Shown in pieces: positions 42,195-52,140 of a DNA stretch of 64,000 bases. The position numbers and the translations under genes are program-made. The notes below the pieces were generated by a model. That model did not search any database. It was given only the letters and a program-made list of their open reading frames with translations, and was not told the DNA's origin. This DNA is from Candidatus Hodarchaeota archaeon (GTDB lineage: Archaea > Asgardarchaeota > Lokiarchaeia > Sigyniarchaeales > SOKP01): assembly GCA_048887225.1 (NCBI GenBank), contig JBHLJY010000006.1:32001-96000 (forward strand). Direction: 5' to 3'. Every line of letters starts with the position of its first letter. Within the stretch, counting starts at the first letter, position 1.

Positions 42195-43352
42195 GTGAAA
42201 ATGACAAATTTAGGTAAAGTAGCAATTGTAGGAGTAGCACAGACAAAATATGAAGAAGAAAAGATTGATCAACCCTACTCTGAATTAGTTTTCGAAGTTG
42301 TTAAGAAACTATACAACGAATTAGGATTAGCAAAAGAAGATATTGGCTGTGTTATTACTAGTTCCAACGATTTCAACGATGGGAGAACAATTGCTAATAT
42401 GGCAATTCAAGATGCTGTAGGATCAGTTAAGAAATCGGAATCAAGAGTTTCTGGGGATGGGGCTTTTGCGTATGTTTACGGTGCAATGAGAATACTTTCG
42501 GAAGAATACGATACTGTAATGGTTGTTTCACATACAAAATGCTCCGAAGTCAACCAATATTTAATAAATAATAGTATTTTTGATCCATATTATCAAAGAG
42601 CTTTAGGATTAGATCAAATCTCAGCAGCAGGATTAATGGCCAATATGTACATGAAAAAATATGGCGTAACTGAGGAACAAGCTGCCAAAATAGTTGTAAA
42701 AAATAGAAAAAATGCGTTAAATAATCCTTACGCTCATTTACAAAGAGAAGTTTCTATTGAAGATGTACTTAATTCACCTATGATAGCATATCCTCTTAAA
42801 GAACTTGATTTTCCACCTTTCTCTGACGGTGCGGTTGCAATACTCCTAACAAACGAAGAAAACGCTAAAAAATTTTCAGATAAACCAGTTTGGCTTAAAG
42901 GATACGGAAGTTGCACTGATGCATATTATCTCGGACATCGTAATATGACAGATTTAATCGGTTTGGAACTCGCTGCTAAGGAGGCGTATAAAATGGCGGG
43001 AATTAACAACCCAGTTAAAGAGATAGATGTAGCAGAAGTATACGACGCTTTTTCTGTCCATGAACTAATGAGCTATGAAGCCTTAGGACTCTGTGAAAAA
43101 GGAGAAGGCGGTAAATTCATTGATAGCGGCGAGACTCAAATGAATGGATCGATTCCTGTGAATCCCTCTGGAGGCGTTTTATCAGGCAATCCAACAATGG
43201 CTAATGGACTTATTCGAGTGGCTGAAATTGCTTTACAATTAATGGGTAAGGCTAATAAACGTCAAATTCCAGACGCAAAATTGGGATTAGCAAATGGTAT
43301 GAATGGTATTTGTTCCCAAGGAAATTGCGTACTTATACTTGGAGGTGAATAA
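42195..43352 (+). CDS. Thiolase-fold protein (Ltp4-like), cassette 3
   Basis: SSNDFNDGR, ESRVSGDGA, AEVYD, NPSGG, GICSQGN. Confidence 0.88.
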   Translation: MKMTNLGKVAIVGVAQTKYEEEKIDQPYSELVFEVVKKLYNELGLAKEDIGCVITSSNDFNDGRTIANMAIQDAVGSVKKSESRVSGDGAFAYVYGAMRILSEEYDTVMVVSHTKCSEVNQYLINNSIFDPYYQRALGLDQISAAGLMANMYMKKYGVTEEQAAKIVVKNRKNALNNPYAHLQREVSIEDVLNSPMIAYPLKELDFPPFSDGAVAILLTNEENAKKFSDKPVWLKGYGSCTDAYYLGHRNMTDLIGLELAAKEAYKMAGINNPVKEIDVAEVYDAFSVHELMSYEALGLCEKGEGGKFIDSGETQMNGSIPVNPSGGVLSGNPTMANGLIRVAEIALQLMGKANKRQIPDAKLGLANGMNGICSQGNCVLILGGE

Positions 43353-43355
43353 AAA

Positions 43356-44522
43356 ATGCCTAAGCATGATGTAGCAGTAGTAGGTATAGGTCAAACAAAA
43401 TATAGAAGTAAAAGAAGAGATGTTAACATTCCTGAGATGATTTACGAAGCAGTTAAGATGGCGCTTGACGATGCCAAACTCGAACCAAAAGATATAGATG
43501 CGATATTAATTGGAAATATGGATCATTTCGAAGGTGTCAATTTTTCTGAGATGTGGTGTGGAATTGATGCTGCCCCTGGATATCTTAAACCTGTAGTGAA
43601 AGTTGCAACTGGTGGAACTACAGGATCATCACTGGCAATATGTGGATACTATAATGTAGCATCAGGAATTTATAACAAGGTTCTAGTTGTAGGATGGGAA
43701 AAGTTAAATGAAGGTGGAGCAACCACTGGTATTATTACGGCATTCGATCCTGTATGGGAAAGACCATCTTTGGCAGGAGCACTAGGACCCCTTGCTCTTA
43801 TGGCAGGCATATATGCTGATAAGTATGGAATAACCTCAGAACAAGCAGCTAAAGTCACTGTTAAAAATCGTAGCAACGCTGCTAATAATCCATTCGCACA
43901 TTTACAAATGCCTAATATTACTATAGATTATGTTATGAGTTCACAAATGATATCTTATCCTTTAAGATTGCATGATGTTTGTCCTCAAAGCGAAGGTGCG
44001 TGTGCAGTTATTTATGCAAACGAGGAAGAAGCTAAAAAAATTACAGATAACCCAGCTTATTTCCACTCAGTAGCAACTGCTCATTATTACACTTTCGGTT
44101 GTGATGATTTAATGTACAACCTCCCTTCAGCAACAATTGCTTCTAAAAATGCGTATAAAAAGGCAGGAATTAAAAATCCTATAAAAGATTTGGATGTTGC
44201 TGAAATTTATGAACCCACAAGTTGGAGTGAATTAGCTTGGACAGAAGCCTTAGGATTTGCTGATTTTGGTCAAGGTGGAAGTTTATTAGATGAAGGAATT
44301 ACTCAAATTAGCGGAGAACTCCCCGTAAATCCTTCAGGAGGAGTTTTAAGCACTAATCCCATAGGCGCTACGGCATTAATCCGAGTGGCTGAAGCTGCAA
44401 CCCAAGTTATGGGTCGGGGTGGAAAACGACAAGTTCCTGATGCGGAAACTGCCTTATCCATGGGATTTGGTGGTAGTCTTTGGACTGAGCTTATGATATT
44501 AGGAAAAGAACCGTTGAGGTGA
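43356..44522 (+). CDS. Thiolase-fold protein (Ltp3-like), cassette 3
   Basis: GQTKYRSKRRDVN, FEG, TGGTTG, NPSGGVLSTNPIGA. Confidence 0.9.
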   Translation: MPKHDVAVVGIGQTKYRSKRRDVNIPEMIYEAVKMALDDAKLEPKDIDAILIGNMDHFEGVNFSEMWCGIDAAPGYLKPVVKVATGGTTGSSLAICGYYNVASGIYNKVLVVGWEKLNEGGATTGIITAFDPVWERPSLAGALGPLALMAGIYADKYGITSEQAAKVTVKNRSNAANNPFAHLQMPNITIDYVMSSQMISYPLRLHDVCPQSEGACAVIYANEEEAKKITDNPAYFHSVATAHYYTFGCDDLMYNLPSATIASKNAYKKAGIKNPIKDLDVAEIYEPTSWSELAWTEALGFADFGQGGSLLDEGITQISGELPVNPSGGVLSTNPIGATALIRVAEAATQVMGRGGKRQVPDAETALSMGFGGSLWTELMILGKEPLR

Positions 44523-45016
44523 TTATTATGAGTAGAAAAAAAGGTCAAGAAAAAGCTTTTGAGATTAGATGGAAAACTGATTTGTCTTATAGATATTCTA
44601 TTGGTAAATTGGCTGTAAAATTTTTTGAAGAACTCAAGGAAAGCGGGAAATTGCTGGGTAGTAAATGTCCAAAATGCGAAAAGGTTCATTTTCCGCCTCG
44701 AGCTGTGTGTGTAAAATGCTTTATTGAAATGACATTAAATGATATGGTTGAGGTTTCCCCAGAAGGCACATTAGTAGGCTTCACTGTGATTAACTATCCT
44801 TTTGTTGATCCAAATACAGGAGCAACGCGTCCTTTTCCTTACGGCTATGGCTTATTTCAATTGGACGGGGCAGATACATATACAATGCATTTTATTGATG
44901 AGACAGATTATACAAAAATGAAGGTTGGACAACGCGTTGAAGCAGTATTCAAAGAGAAAAGAGAAGGGAATTCAGGAGATATTCAATATTTTAAAATTAT
45001 AAAAAAAGAGGAATGA
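44519..45016 (+). CDS. DUF35 zinc-ribbon/OB-fold protein
   Basis: CPKC..PPRAVCVKC; LDGADT. Confidence 0.92.
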   Translation: MIIMSRKKGQEKAFEIRWKTDLSYRYSIGKLAVKFFEELKESGKLLGSKCPKCEKVHFPPRAVCVKCFIEMTLNDMVEVSPEGTLVGFTVINYPFVDPNTGATRPFPYGYGLFQLDGADTYTMHFIDETDYTKMKVGQRVEAVFKEKREGNSGDIQYFKIIKKEE

Positions 45017-45483
45017 AATTAGAGGTGCAAAAAATGAGTGAAGAAATTGAGAAGAAAGTTTTTAGAGGTAAAATTAAACTAACATATAAACATGTTGGCG
45101 GTGCATATGTTGAAAGATTTTTCAAAGAAATTGGAAAAAATAAAAAAATAATGGGTGTTAGGTGTCCGAAGTGTAGTAAGGTGTATATTCCTCCTAAAAT
45201 GATTTGTTTTGAATGTTTTGAAAAGATGGAAGAATGGGTTGAGGTCGGGAACCAAGGAACGATTAAAGGATTTACAGTTGTTACGCATTCAACTCCAGTT
45301 ATGCCTTTAAACCCTCCATTTGCTTATGCGATAATTACACTCGATGGAGCTAATACTGATTTTGTACATATTATAAAAGAAAGCGATCCAAAAAAGCTCA
45401 ATATCGGTATGCGAGTTGAGGCTGTTTTTAAACAGAAACCGAGAAAAAGAATACTAGATATTGAATATTTCCAACCAATTTAA
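45013..45483 (+). CDS. DUF35 zinc-ribbon/OB-fold protein
   Basis: CPKC..PPK.ICFEC; IGMRVEAVF. Confidence 0.92.
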   Translation: MKLEVQKMSEEIEKKVFRGKIKLTYKHVGGAYVERFFKEIGKNKKIMGVRCPKCSKVYIPPKMICFECFEKMEEWVEVGNQGTIKGFTVVTHSTPVMPLNPPFAYAIITLDGANTDFVHIIKESDPKKLNIGMRVEAVFKQKPRKRILDIEYFQPI

Positions 45484-45516
45484 TATTTTTTTTATTATAA
45501 TAAAAATAAAAAATAC

Positions 45517-46329
45517 TTAGAGATTTTCAAGAAATTCTCCTAATACTTTGTAATATTCTTCTTGAGCTTCATAATTCACCATATGCCCTATATTTGGTGA
45601 GAAAACTACTAATTTAGAGTTAGGAATTTTCTCACTCAAAATTTTCGAACCTTCTGGAAGAATATATTTATCTTTTTCTCCCGTTAGGATTAATGTAGGA
45701 ACATCTATCGTATGAATTTTATTTTCGACATTATAATTATTCACAATAGCATTCATAGTTCTAAATCCAATAAATTCTTCGTTTTCAAGCGTTTTTTCGA
45801 TGAATTCTTCTATTAATTTTGGATTCTGCTTTATATATTTTCGATTAAAACATAGTTTAGTGTGAATGTTTTCAATCGAGGATCGTTCTATGAATTTCAT
45901 TTTTCCCGCCCTTAAATCTTCAATATATTGAACTAAGCCTGGGTTGTCTAATCTTGCAGTTGTTGACATCAATACCAATCCTCCTAATCTTTTTGCTAAT
46001 GCAGGAGTAGTAGCATATGTTAGAGCAATCATTCCACCCATGCTATGACCATGTAATATAATTTTTTCATCGCCTATAATTTTTAAAAGAGCCTGTTCAA
46101 CGTATCTTGCCAGATCGATTAGTTCATATGATTCATTTTCGGGTTTATCACTTTTTCCATGTCCAAGGTGGTCTAACGCAATGACCCTATATTTATTTGA
46201 AAAATGTTCAACTTGGTCCTCGTAAATCCATGAACAACCAAGAAATCCGTGAATATAAACAAGATTTTTTCCTTTACCTTTATCTATATAATTTATTTTA
46301 TATCCCTTATCAATTTCTACAGTTGGCAT
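45517..46329 (-). CDS. Alpha/beta hydrolase
   Basis: HGF, DHLGHGKS, GHSMGG nucleophile, GEKD, GH. Confidence 0.92.
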   Translation of the reverse strand: MPTVEIDKGYKINYIDKGKGKNLVYIHGFLGCSWIYEDQVEHFSNKYRVIALDHLGHGKSDKPENESYELIDLARYVEQALLKIIGDEKIILHGHSMGGMIALTYATTPALAKRLGGLVLMSTTARLDNPGLVQYIEDLRAGKMKFIERSSIENIHTKLCFNRKYIKQNPKLIEEFIEKTLENEEFIGFRTMNAIVNNYNVENKIHTIDVPTLILTGEKDKYILPEGSKILSEKIPNSKLVVFSPNIGHMVNYEAQEEYYKVLGEFLENL

Positions 46330-46500
46330 AAAAATCTTTTTTTTTTTAATTTTTCAACTTAAATTAAGTTTATTTTTAAGAGAAATATTTTAATAGACTA
46401 TAAATAGCTTATAATTTGTTGACCCAATATAAATAAATTATGTATTTTTATTTTAGGTAGTTTAACTTAAGAACCTAAGATTATATATAAGTGAAAAAAT

Positions 46501-47610
46501 ATGTCTAAAAAATTTTGGTATAAGGTGGCAAGAACTATTGTAAAGGCTGGAGCGTTTCCTTTCCCTATTACAGATACTCTCATTGAATTTTTACAAACCG
46601 TGATCACAGAAGAACAAGCAAAATTTATCTTGATTTTTAAGAAATCCTCTTTAAATATTGATCAAATTAAAGCAAGAACTGATTTAGACGACGATGAATT
46701 AGATAAAATGCTGAATGAATTAATGCACAATGGAATAGTAATCAGTGCTCCCAGCAGAAGTACTGGTATAATGGTTTACCGCCTCATGGGCCCATATCCA
46801 GGTATTTTTGAATACTCGTTAATGAGAGGTAAAACGGACGATAGATATAAAAAATTAGCACAATTAGCAGAAAGGTTATTTGATGAATTAGGTGCGAAAT
46901 CTCAGCAGAATTATGAGAGTATCTCAAAATTGTATAAACAAGTACCTGCGGTTGATAGAACCGTTCCAGTTGAAAAAGAGGTTGAAGTTGGTACTGAAGT
47001 CGTTATGCCTTACGAAGAAATAGAAAAATATTTAGATGAATATGGAAAAGAAGAAAATAATATTGCCGTTGCTCACTGTTATTGTAGACATGAGCGCGAT
47101 CTTCTCAATAATCCCTGCAAACTTGGAGCCCCAAAAGTAAATTGCTTTCTTTTTGATAAATCCGCTAAATATGCCATTGAACGTGGCTTTGCGAGTCCTA
47201 TTTCAAAAGAGGATGCTATGAAAATTTTTAGAGAAGCTGAAGATTACGGGCTTGTTCATAAAGTTTTTCATGTTCATTCTGATCCAGAAAAAGGGATTGA
47301 AGCAATGTGTAATTGTTGCAAATGTTGTTGCGGAATTTTTCAAATGTATACCCGAGGCGTGACACCATTTCATACAATTAGTTCTTACATATCGAGAGTT
47401 AGCGAAGACGATTGCGTTGGCTGTGGAACATGTGTAGAAAAGTGTCCTTTGGAAGCTGTCGAATTAGAGGATTCCATTGCTGTAGTAAATAAAGATTTAT
47501 GTATAGGATGCGGTGTTTGTGCCCATCATTGTTCTGAAGAAGCAATACATCTTGAAAGGATAGGTCCTAGAGATGTATATATTCCTCTGAAAAAAATCAC
47601 GATAAATTAA
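46501..47610 (+). CDS. Fe-S protein with C-terminal 2x[4Fe-4S] ferredoxin domain
   Basis: CYCRH, CNCCKCCCG, CVGCGTCVEKCP, CIGCGVCAHHC. Confidence 0.88.
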   Translation: MSKKFWYKVARTIVKAGAFPFPITDTLIEFLQTVITEEQAKFILIFKKSSLNIDQIKARTDLDDDELDKMLNELMHNGIVISAPSRSTGIMVYRLMGPYPGIFEYSLMRGKTDDRYKKLAQLAERLFDELGAKSQQNYESISKLYKQVPAVDRTVPVEKEVEVGTEVVMPYEEIEKYLDEYGKEENNIAVAHCYCRHERDLLNNPCKLGAPKVNCFLFDKSAKYAIERGFASPISKEDAMKIFREAEDYGLVHKVFHVHSDPEKGIEAMCNCCKCCCGIFQMYTRGVTPFHTISSYISRVSEDDCVGCGTCVEKCPLEAVELEDSIAVVNKDLCIGCGVCAHHCSEEAIHLERIGPRDVYIPLKKITIN

Positions 47611-47712
47611 AACATTTATTTGCTTTAGTAAATTTTTCTCTTCAAAATTAAAGATTTGTTTGTTCATTATAGATGATCATAACATATCAAATTTAAAAAA
47701 AGGTGGAATTTA

Positions 47713-49026
47713 ATGTCAAGAAGAGATATTGCTTGGTACGAGAATGAAGAATTAAAAACATTATATCTAAAAGCAGCTACTCAGGCTTTTACAGGATATC
47801 ATTGTCCAATTTCCTCGCCAAAAATAACTTATGTGGGAACAAATAGCTTAATAGATTTAATTAATCAATCAGCAGCTTGTTTGCCTGCTGACAATAAGCG
47901 TGTTTTAATCGTAGTTGATAAGGATCTGAGAAAATTCGCAGAAAATGTAGCTGAAAAGTTAGATTCATTAAAAGGCATTGACAGCAAAATTTTTGATAAT
48001 ATTCATCCTGATGTACCAAAAAATACGGTTTTTGACGGTGTTAAAGCATGTGAAGAATACGACCCGAAAGGTATGATTGTGATAGGGGGAGGTTCAGCAA
48101 TGGATACTGCTAAAATGATTTTATTATTTTATGAACAACCCAATATCAACCTAAATAATTTAATGGTTCCAAGTTATTTAGGATTGCGTAAAAAGATATA
48201 TTATATGGCAGCCATACCTACTACTAGTGGAACGGGATCTGAAGCAACACCTCTATCGGTAATAACAGATACAGATAGGGACCCCCCTAAAAAAACTGTA
48301 GTATATGCTTATGAACTTGTTTTTGATTTTGTTGCCTTATATCCCGAATTTGTAAAAACGATGCCTCCATACTTAACTATGGGAACAGGAATGGACGCTT
48401 TAGCACACGCAATGGGTGCTCTTGTTCTAAACAGAAGTAATGTTTTCTGCGATATGCATGATTTAAAAGCTATTGAATTAATTTTAAAGTATCTTCCACG
48501 AGCTGTAAAAAGAGGAAATGATATGGAAGCTCGAGAAAAAATGCAATGGGCAGCATATATTGCTGGAATCGGTTTTGGCAATATTTCTGCCGGGGTTGAA
48601 CATTCATTAGGACACTCATTTGGTGCTTTATTTCATATTCATCATGGTGTGTCTGTGGGGATCTTTCTGGCTCCTTCAGTAGCTTATCAATCAAAAGTTA
48701 CTGATCGAGTTTTAGAGATTGCGAAAGTATGGGATATTGAAACAAAGAATAGGAAAAAAGATGAGATCTTGAGAGAATTATTTGAAAAATTACAGACATT
48801 TATGAAAAAAATAGGGGCTCCTGTATCTATTCAAGAGATTGAGAGACCAAAGAAAATAAGTCGAGAAGAATACATAAAAAAAATAGAAAAAATGGTTGAT
48901 TATACCTATAGAGACATTGATACATTATTTTCTACCCGGAAATTGGATCCTCCCCAAATTCGGAAGATATTAGAAATTGCTTATGAAAATAAAATAGAAG
49001 ATTTAATGGAATTATATTATAAGTAA
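47713..49026 (+). CDS. Iron-containing alcohol dehydrogenase
   Basis: GGGSAMD, PTTSGTGSE, DALAH, HSLGH, HG. Confidence 0.92.
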   Translation: MSRRDIAWYENEELKTLYLKAATQAFTGYHCPISSPKITYVGTNSLIDLINQSAACLPADNKRVLIVVDKDLRKFAENVAEKLDSLKGIDSKIFDNIHPDVPKNTVFDGVKACEEYDPKGMIVIGGGSAMDTAKMILLFYEQPNINLNNLMVPSYLGLRKKIYYMAAIPTTSGTGSEATPLSVITDTDRDPPKKTVVYAYELVFDFVALYPEFVKTMPPYLTMGTGMDALAHAMGALVLNRSNVFCDMHDLKAIELILKYLPRAVKRGNDMEAREKMQWAAYIAGIGFGNISAGVEHSLGHSFGALFHIHHGVSVGIFLAPSVAYQSKVTDRVLEIAKVWDIETKNRKKDEILRELFEKLQTFMKKIGAPVSIQEIERPKKISREEYIKKIEKMVDYTYRDIDTLFSTRKLDPPQIRKILEIAYENKIEDLMELYYK

Positions 49027-49038
49027 GAGAGATAAGAA

Positions 49039-50901
49039 ATGAGTGAAAAATTATTAGGTTATAATGGAAAAATTGCTTATATAGATTTAAACAAATTGAA
49101 AGTAGAAATAAAAGACCTTGATCCTAAAATAGCTGAAGATTATATTGGTGGAGTGGGATTATCAGCGAAAATTATTTATGATTTGCTGTCTGATGCTGAT
49201 TATGAAACATTAAAAAAAGACCCGCTTTCAAGTATTAATCCGCTAGTTTTCGCAACGGGACCATTGACAGGATCAACAACACCTTCCAGTAGTAGATATT
49301 CTGTTTCAAGTATCTCTCCTTTAACGGGTATTTGGGGTGAATCCACATCAGGAGGTTTTTTTCCCATAGCTTTAAAAAGATCTGGATTTGATGCTATTGT
49401 AATAACAGGAGAATCCAATAAACCCATATATATCTATATTGAAAATGGAGAAGTCCAATTTAAAGAAGCTAATACGATTTGGGGAAAAAATACTAAAGAA
49501 ACAATCGAAACTATTAAAAAAGAACTTAACGATGACCGAATACGCGTAGCTTGTATAGGTAAAGCGGGAGAAAACTTAGTAAAATACTCAGCTATTATTA
49601 ATGATGAAGGAAGGGCCACTGGAAGATGTGGAATGGGTACATTAATGGGTAAGAAAAAATTAAAAGCTTTAGCAATTAAAGGAAATCAAAATATTGAATA
49701 CGCTGATAGAAATGCACTAATAGAAAGTGGAAAAACTGCTCTAAAAGGTATTAAAGGCATTTTTCAGTATAATTTTATATCTCACTATGGAACTTTATGT
49801 TATACAGATATAGGAGCGATTTTTGGAGATGTACCTGTTAATTATTTTACAGAAACGGAATTTCTCGCAGAAAAATTAACTGGAAGAGCTTTAAAAGAGC
49901 AATACCCTGTTCTAAGTTATGCTTGCGCTGGATGTACAATTGGATGTGGACGGACAACTATTGCAGAGATAGATGGAGTAGAAACTGAAATTGATGGTCC
50001 TGAATATGAAACAACAATGACTTTCGGTCCTTTATGTGGGATCATTGATTTTGAGCATGTACTTAAATGTAATCATATTAGTAATTTAGAAGGAGTTGAT
50101 ACAATTTCCAGTGGAGTTTCTATAGCTTTTTTAATTTATCTTGTTGAAAATAAAATTGCTCTCGATAATATTTCAAAATATTTATCAAATATCAAATTAG
50201 AAGAAATTTATTGGGCAAATGAAGAAGTTGTAATAAAACTATTAAATCAAATTATAAACAGAGAAGGAATAGGAGATCTCCTTGCTGAAGGCGTAAGAAT
50301 TATGGCTGAAAAACTTGGTGTTGACCCTGACTTAGCGGCTCATGTAAAAGGTTTAGAAATACCTATGCATGATCCAAGAGCATATTTAGGACAAGCCCTT
50401 AGCTACATGACTGCATGTGTTGGAGCGAATCATTGTAAAGGAGATTTCTATGCTATTGATAGTGAATTTTTTTCATTTGGGAAAATACGGAGTGGTGATC
50501 GGTTTAAAATCGACGGCCGAGAACCATTAGTTATAGAACTTCAAGATTTAAGAAGCGTTTACGACTCAGCCGTTACTTGTGTCTGGGCAGCTATTAATAT
50601 AGCAAATTACTCCAAATTATTAAAAGCCTCAACCGGATGTAAGAGTTTAGGAAATAAGAAAAAGGTGATTATAGCAGGAGAGCGAGCGAATAATCTCAAA
50701 AGATTAATCTCTTGTAAGTTAGGTTGTAAGAGAGAAGATGATTATTTACCAAAAATTGTTACAGAAGCTTTAAAAAGTGGAAGTAGTGCTGGTATTAAAG
50801 TTGATTTAGAAGATAACCTAAAGACTTATTATCAAATCCGAGGTTGGGACTGGGAAACAGGCTGGCCAACTAAAGAAAAATTAGATGAATTAGGAATATA
50901 A
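49039..50901 (+). CDS. aor: Tungsten-dependent aldehyde:ferredoxin oxidoreductase
   Basis: SPLTG, GRCGMG..MG.K.LKA, CAGCTIGC, GPEYET, DTIS, VKGLE.PMHDPR, YY..RGWD. Confidence 0.93.
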   Translation: MSEKLLGYNGKIAYIDLNKLKVEIKDLDPKIAEDYIGGVGLSAKIIYDLLSDADYETLKKDPLSSINPLVFATGPLTGSTTPSSSRYSVSSISPLTGIWGESTSGGFFPIALKRSGFDAIVITGESNKPIYIYIENGEVQFKEANTIWGKNTKETIETIKKELNDDRIRVACIGKAGENLVKYSAIINDEGRATGRCGMGTLMGKKKLKALAIKGNQNIEYADRNALIESGKTALKGIKGIFQYNFISHYGTLCYTDIGAIFGDVPVNYFTETEFLAEKLTGRALKEQYPVLSYACAGCTIGCGRTTIAEIDGVETEIDGPEYETTMTFGPLCGIIDFEHVLKCNHISNLEGVDTISSGVSIAFLIYLVENKIALDNISKYLSNIKLEEIYWANEEVVIKLLNQIINREGIGDLLAEGVRIMAEKLGVDPDLAAHVKGLEIPMHDPRAYLGQALSYMTACVGANHCKGDFYAIDSEFFSFGKIRSGDRFKIDGREPLVIELQDLRSVYDSAVTCVWAAINIANYSKLLKASTGCKSLGNKKKVIIAGERANNLKRLISCKLGCKREDDYLPKIVTEALKSGSSAGIKVDLEDNLKTYYQIRGWDWETGWPTKEKLDELGI

Positions 50902-50939
50902 ATTCTTATTAGCTTTTTATTTTTATTTTGTTTTTAAAT

Positions 50940-52136
50940 TTATGTTAGAGTTAAATCCAGATGTATATCTGTTATTGGGTAAGATATACATGGGTGGAGA
51001 TAACCGAAAATTTGGTCTACTTCTCGAATGGTTACCTCAGGTGGCACAAAAACGTTTCCCGATACTAATTTTGTTCTGCAAAAAGCACAAGCACCCGAAC
51101 GACATCCACTATTGATTAAATAACCCAATTCTTTTGTTCTCTCTAGACTATTCAATAAAGGTTCAGTACACGACGCTTCAAAAACTTTTTGTTCCTTCCT
51201 GCCTTGACTTATAAAATCTACTGTAATTTGAATTTCTTTAGTTGCGTCAATTTCTTTAGGCCAACCCATTATTTTTGTTATATCTTCAGGAACTCCATAT
51301 GCTTCGTAAAGAATACGGTGTTTCGGGACTCCCATCGCTTCTAATTCACCTTGTATAAACATATACATATCTCTATTTCCAACGACATAGAAATATTTTT
51401 CTTTAATAGAACCAGTATATTTTGAGATTATATCTTTAGTTATAAAACCACATTCTCCTGCCCAATCTGGATCTGCTGAAAGCACATATTCAACTTTAAT
51501 ATTAGGTCTTCTATTCTGAATTTCTTCTAAATCCTCTCGAAATAATATATCTGTTTCCGTCAAACACCCAAAAATCAACACAACATTTAAGGAAAACATC
51601 CTCTCAGTGATATTTCTTAACATAGACATGAAAGGAGTTATACCAGATCCGCCGGCGATAAATACTAAATTATCACCATGAAAAATTGGATTATAATAGA
51701 AATTTCCCATAGGTTCTGTTGCCTCAATTATATCACCAATTTTTAGATTATCAAGGAGATAGGGGCTAACAAATCCTCCTTCTTTTCTTTTAATACCTAG
51801 CTCGTAATATGCAAGTTGATTTGGAGAAGATACAATAGAAAAAGGACGGGAAGTTCTGACGCCATTAATTTCTACTGTAAGTCCAATGTATTGCCCAGCA
51901 CGGAACGGTGCTAAAGCTTTTTTAGGTTCTGCAGAGATAAATCGGAATAGCTTTGTATCGTGCGAAAGGCTTTCAATGTCGGTTACCTGCAATAATTGCT
52001 TTTCTGGATGTATTCGATCACATAGGTTTTCTAATCCATCAAAATACCACGGTATTGGTTGAACCTCGTCTCTCCATTTCTTTAATTTCTCTGCTTTCCT
52101 ATATTTTTTTATATCTTGATTTATATCATTATACAA
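50940..52136 (-). CDS. FAD/NAD(P)-binding reductase with C-terminal [2Fe-2S] (PaaE/Hcr-like)
   Basis: FRAGQY, RPFSI, GGFVS, AGGSGITPF, CRSGACAFC...C. Confidence 0.9.
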   Translation of the reverse strand: MYNDINQDIKKYRKAEKLKKWRDEVQPIPWYFDGLENLCDRIHPEKQLLQVTDIESLSHDTKLFRFISAEPKKALAPFRAGQYIGLTVEINGVRTSRPFSIVSSPNQLAYYELGIKRKEGGFVSPYLLDNLKIGDIIEATEPMGNFYYNPIFHGDNLVFIAGGSGITPFMSMLRNITERMFSLNVVLIFGCLTETDILFREDLEEIQNRRPNIKVEYVLSADPDWAGECGFITKDIISKYTGSIKEKYFYVVGNRDMYMFIQGELEAMGVPKHRILYEAYGVPEDITKIMGWPKEIDATKEIQITVDFISQGRKEQKVFEASCTEPLLNSLERTKELGYLINSGCRSGACAFCRTKLVSGNVFVPPEVTIREVDQIFGYLHPCISYPITDIHLDLTLT

Positions 52137-52140
52137 TCTT

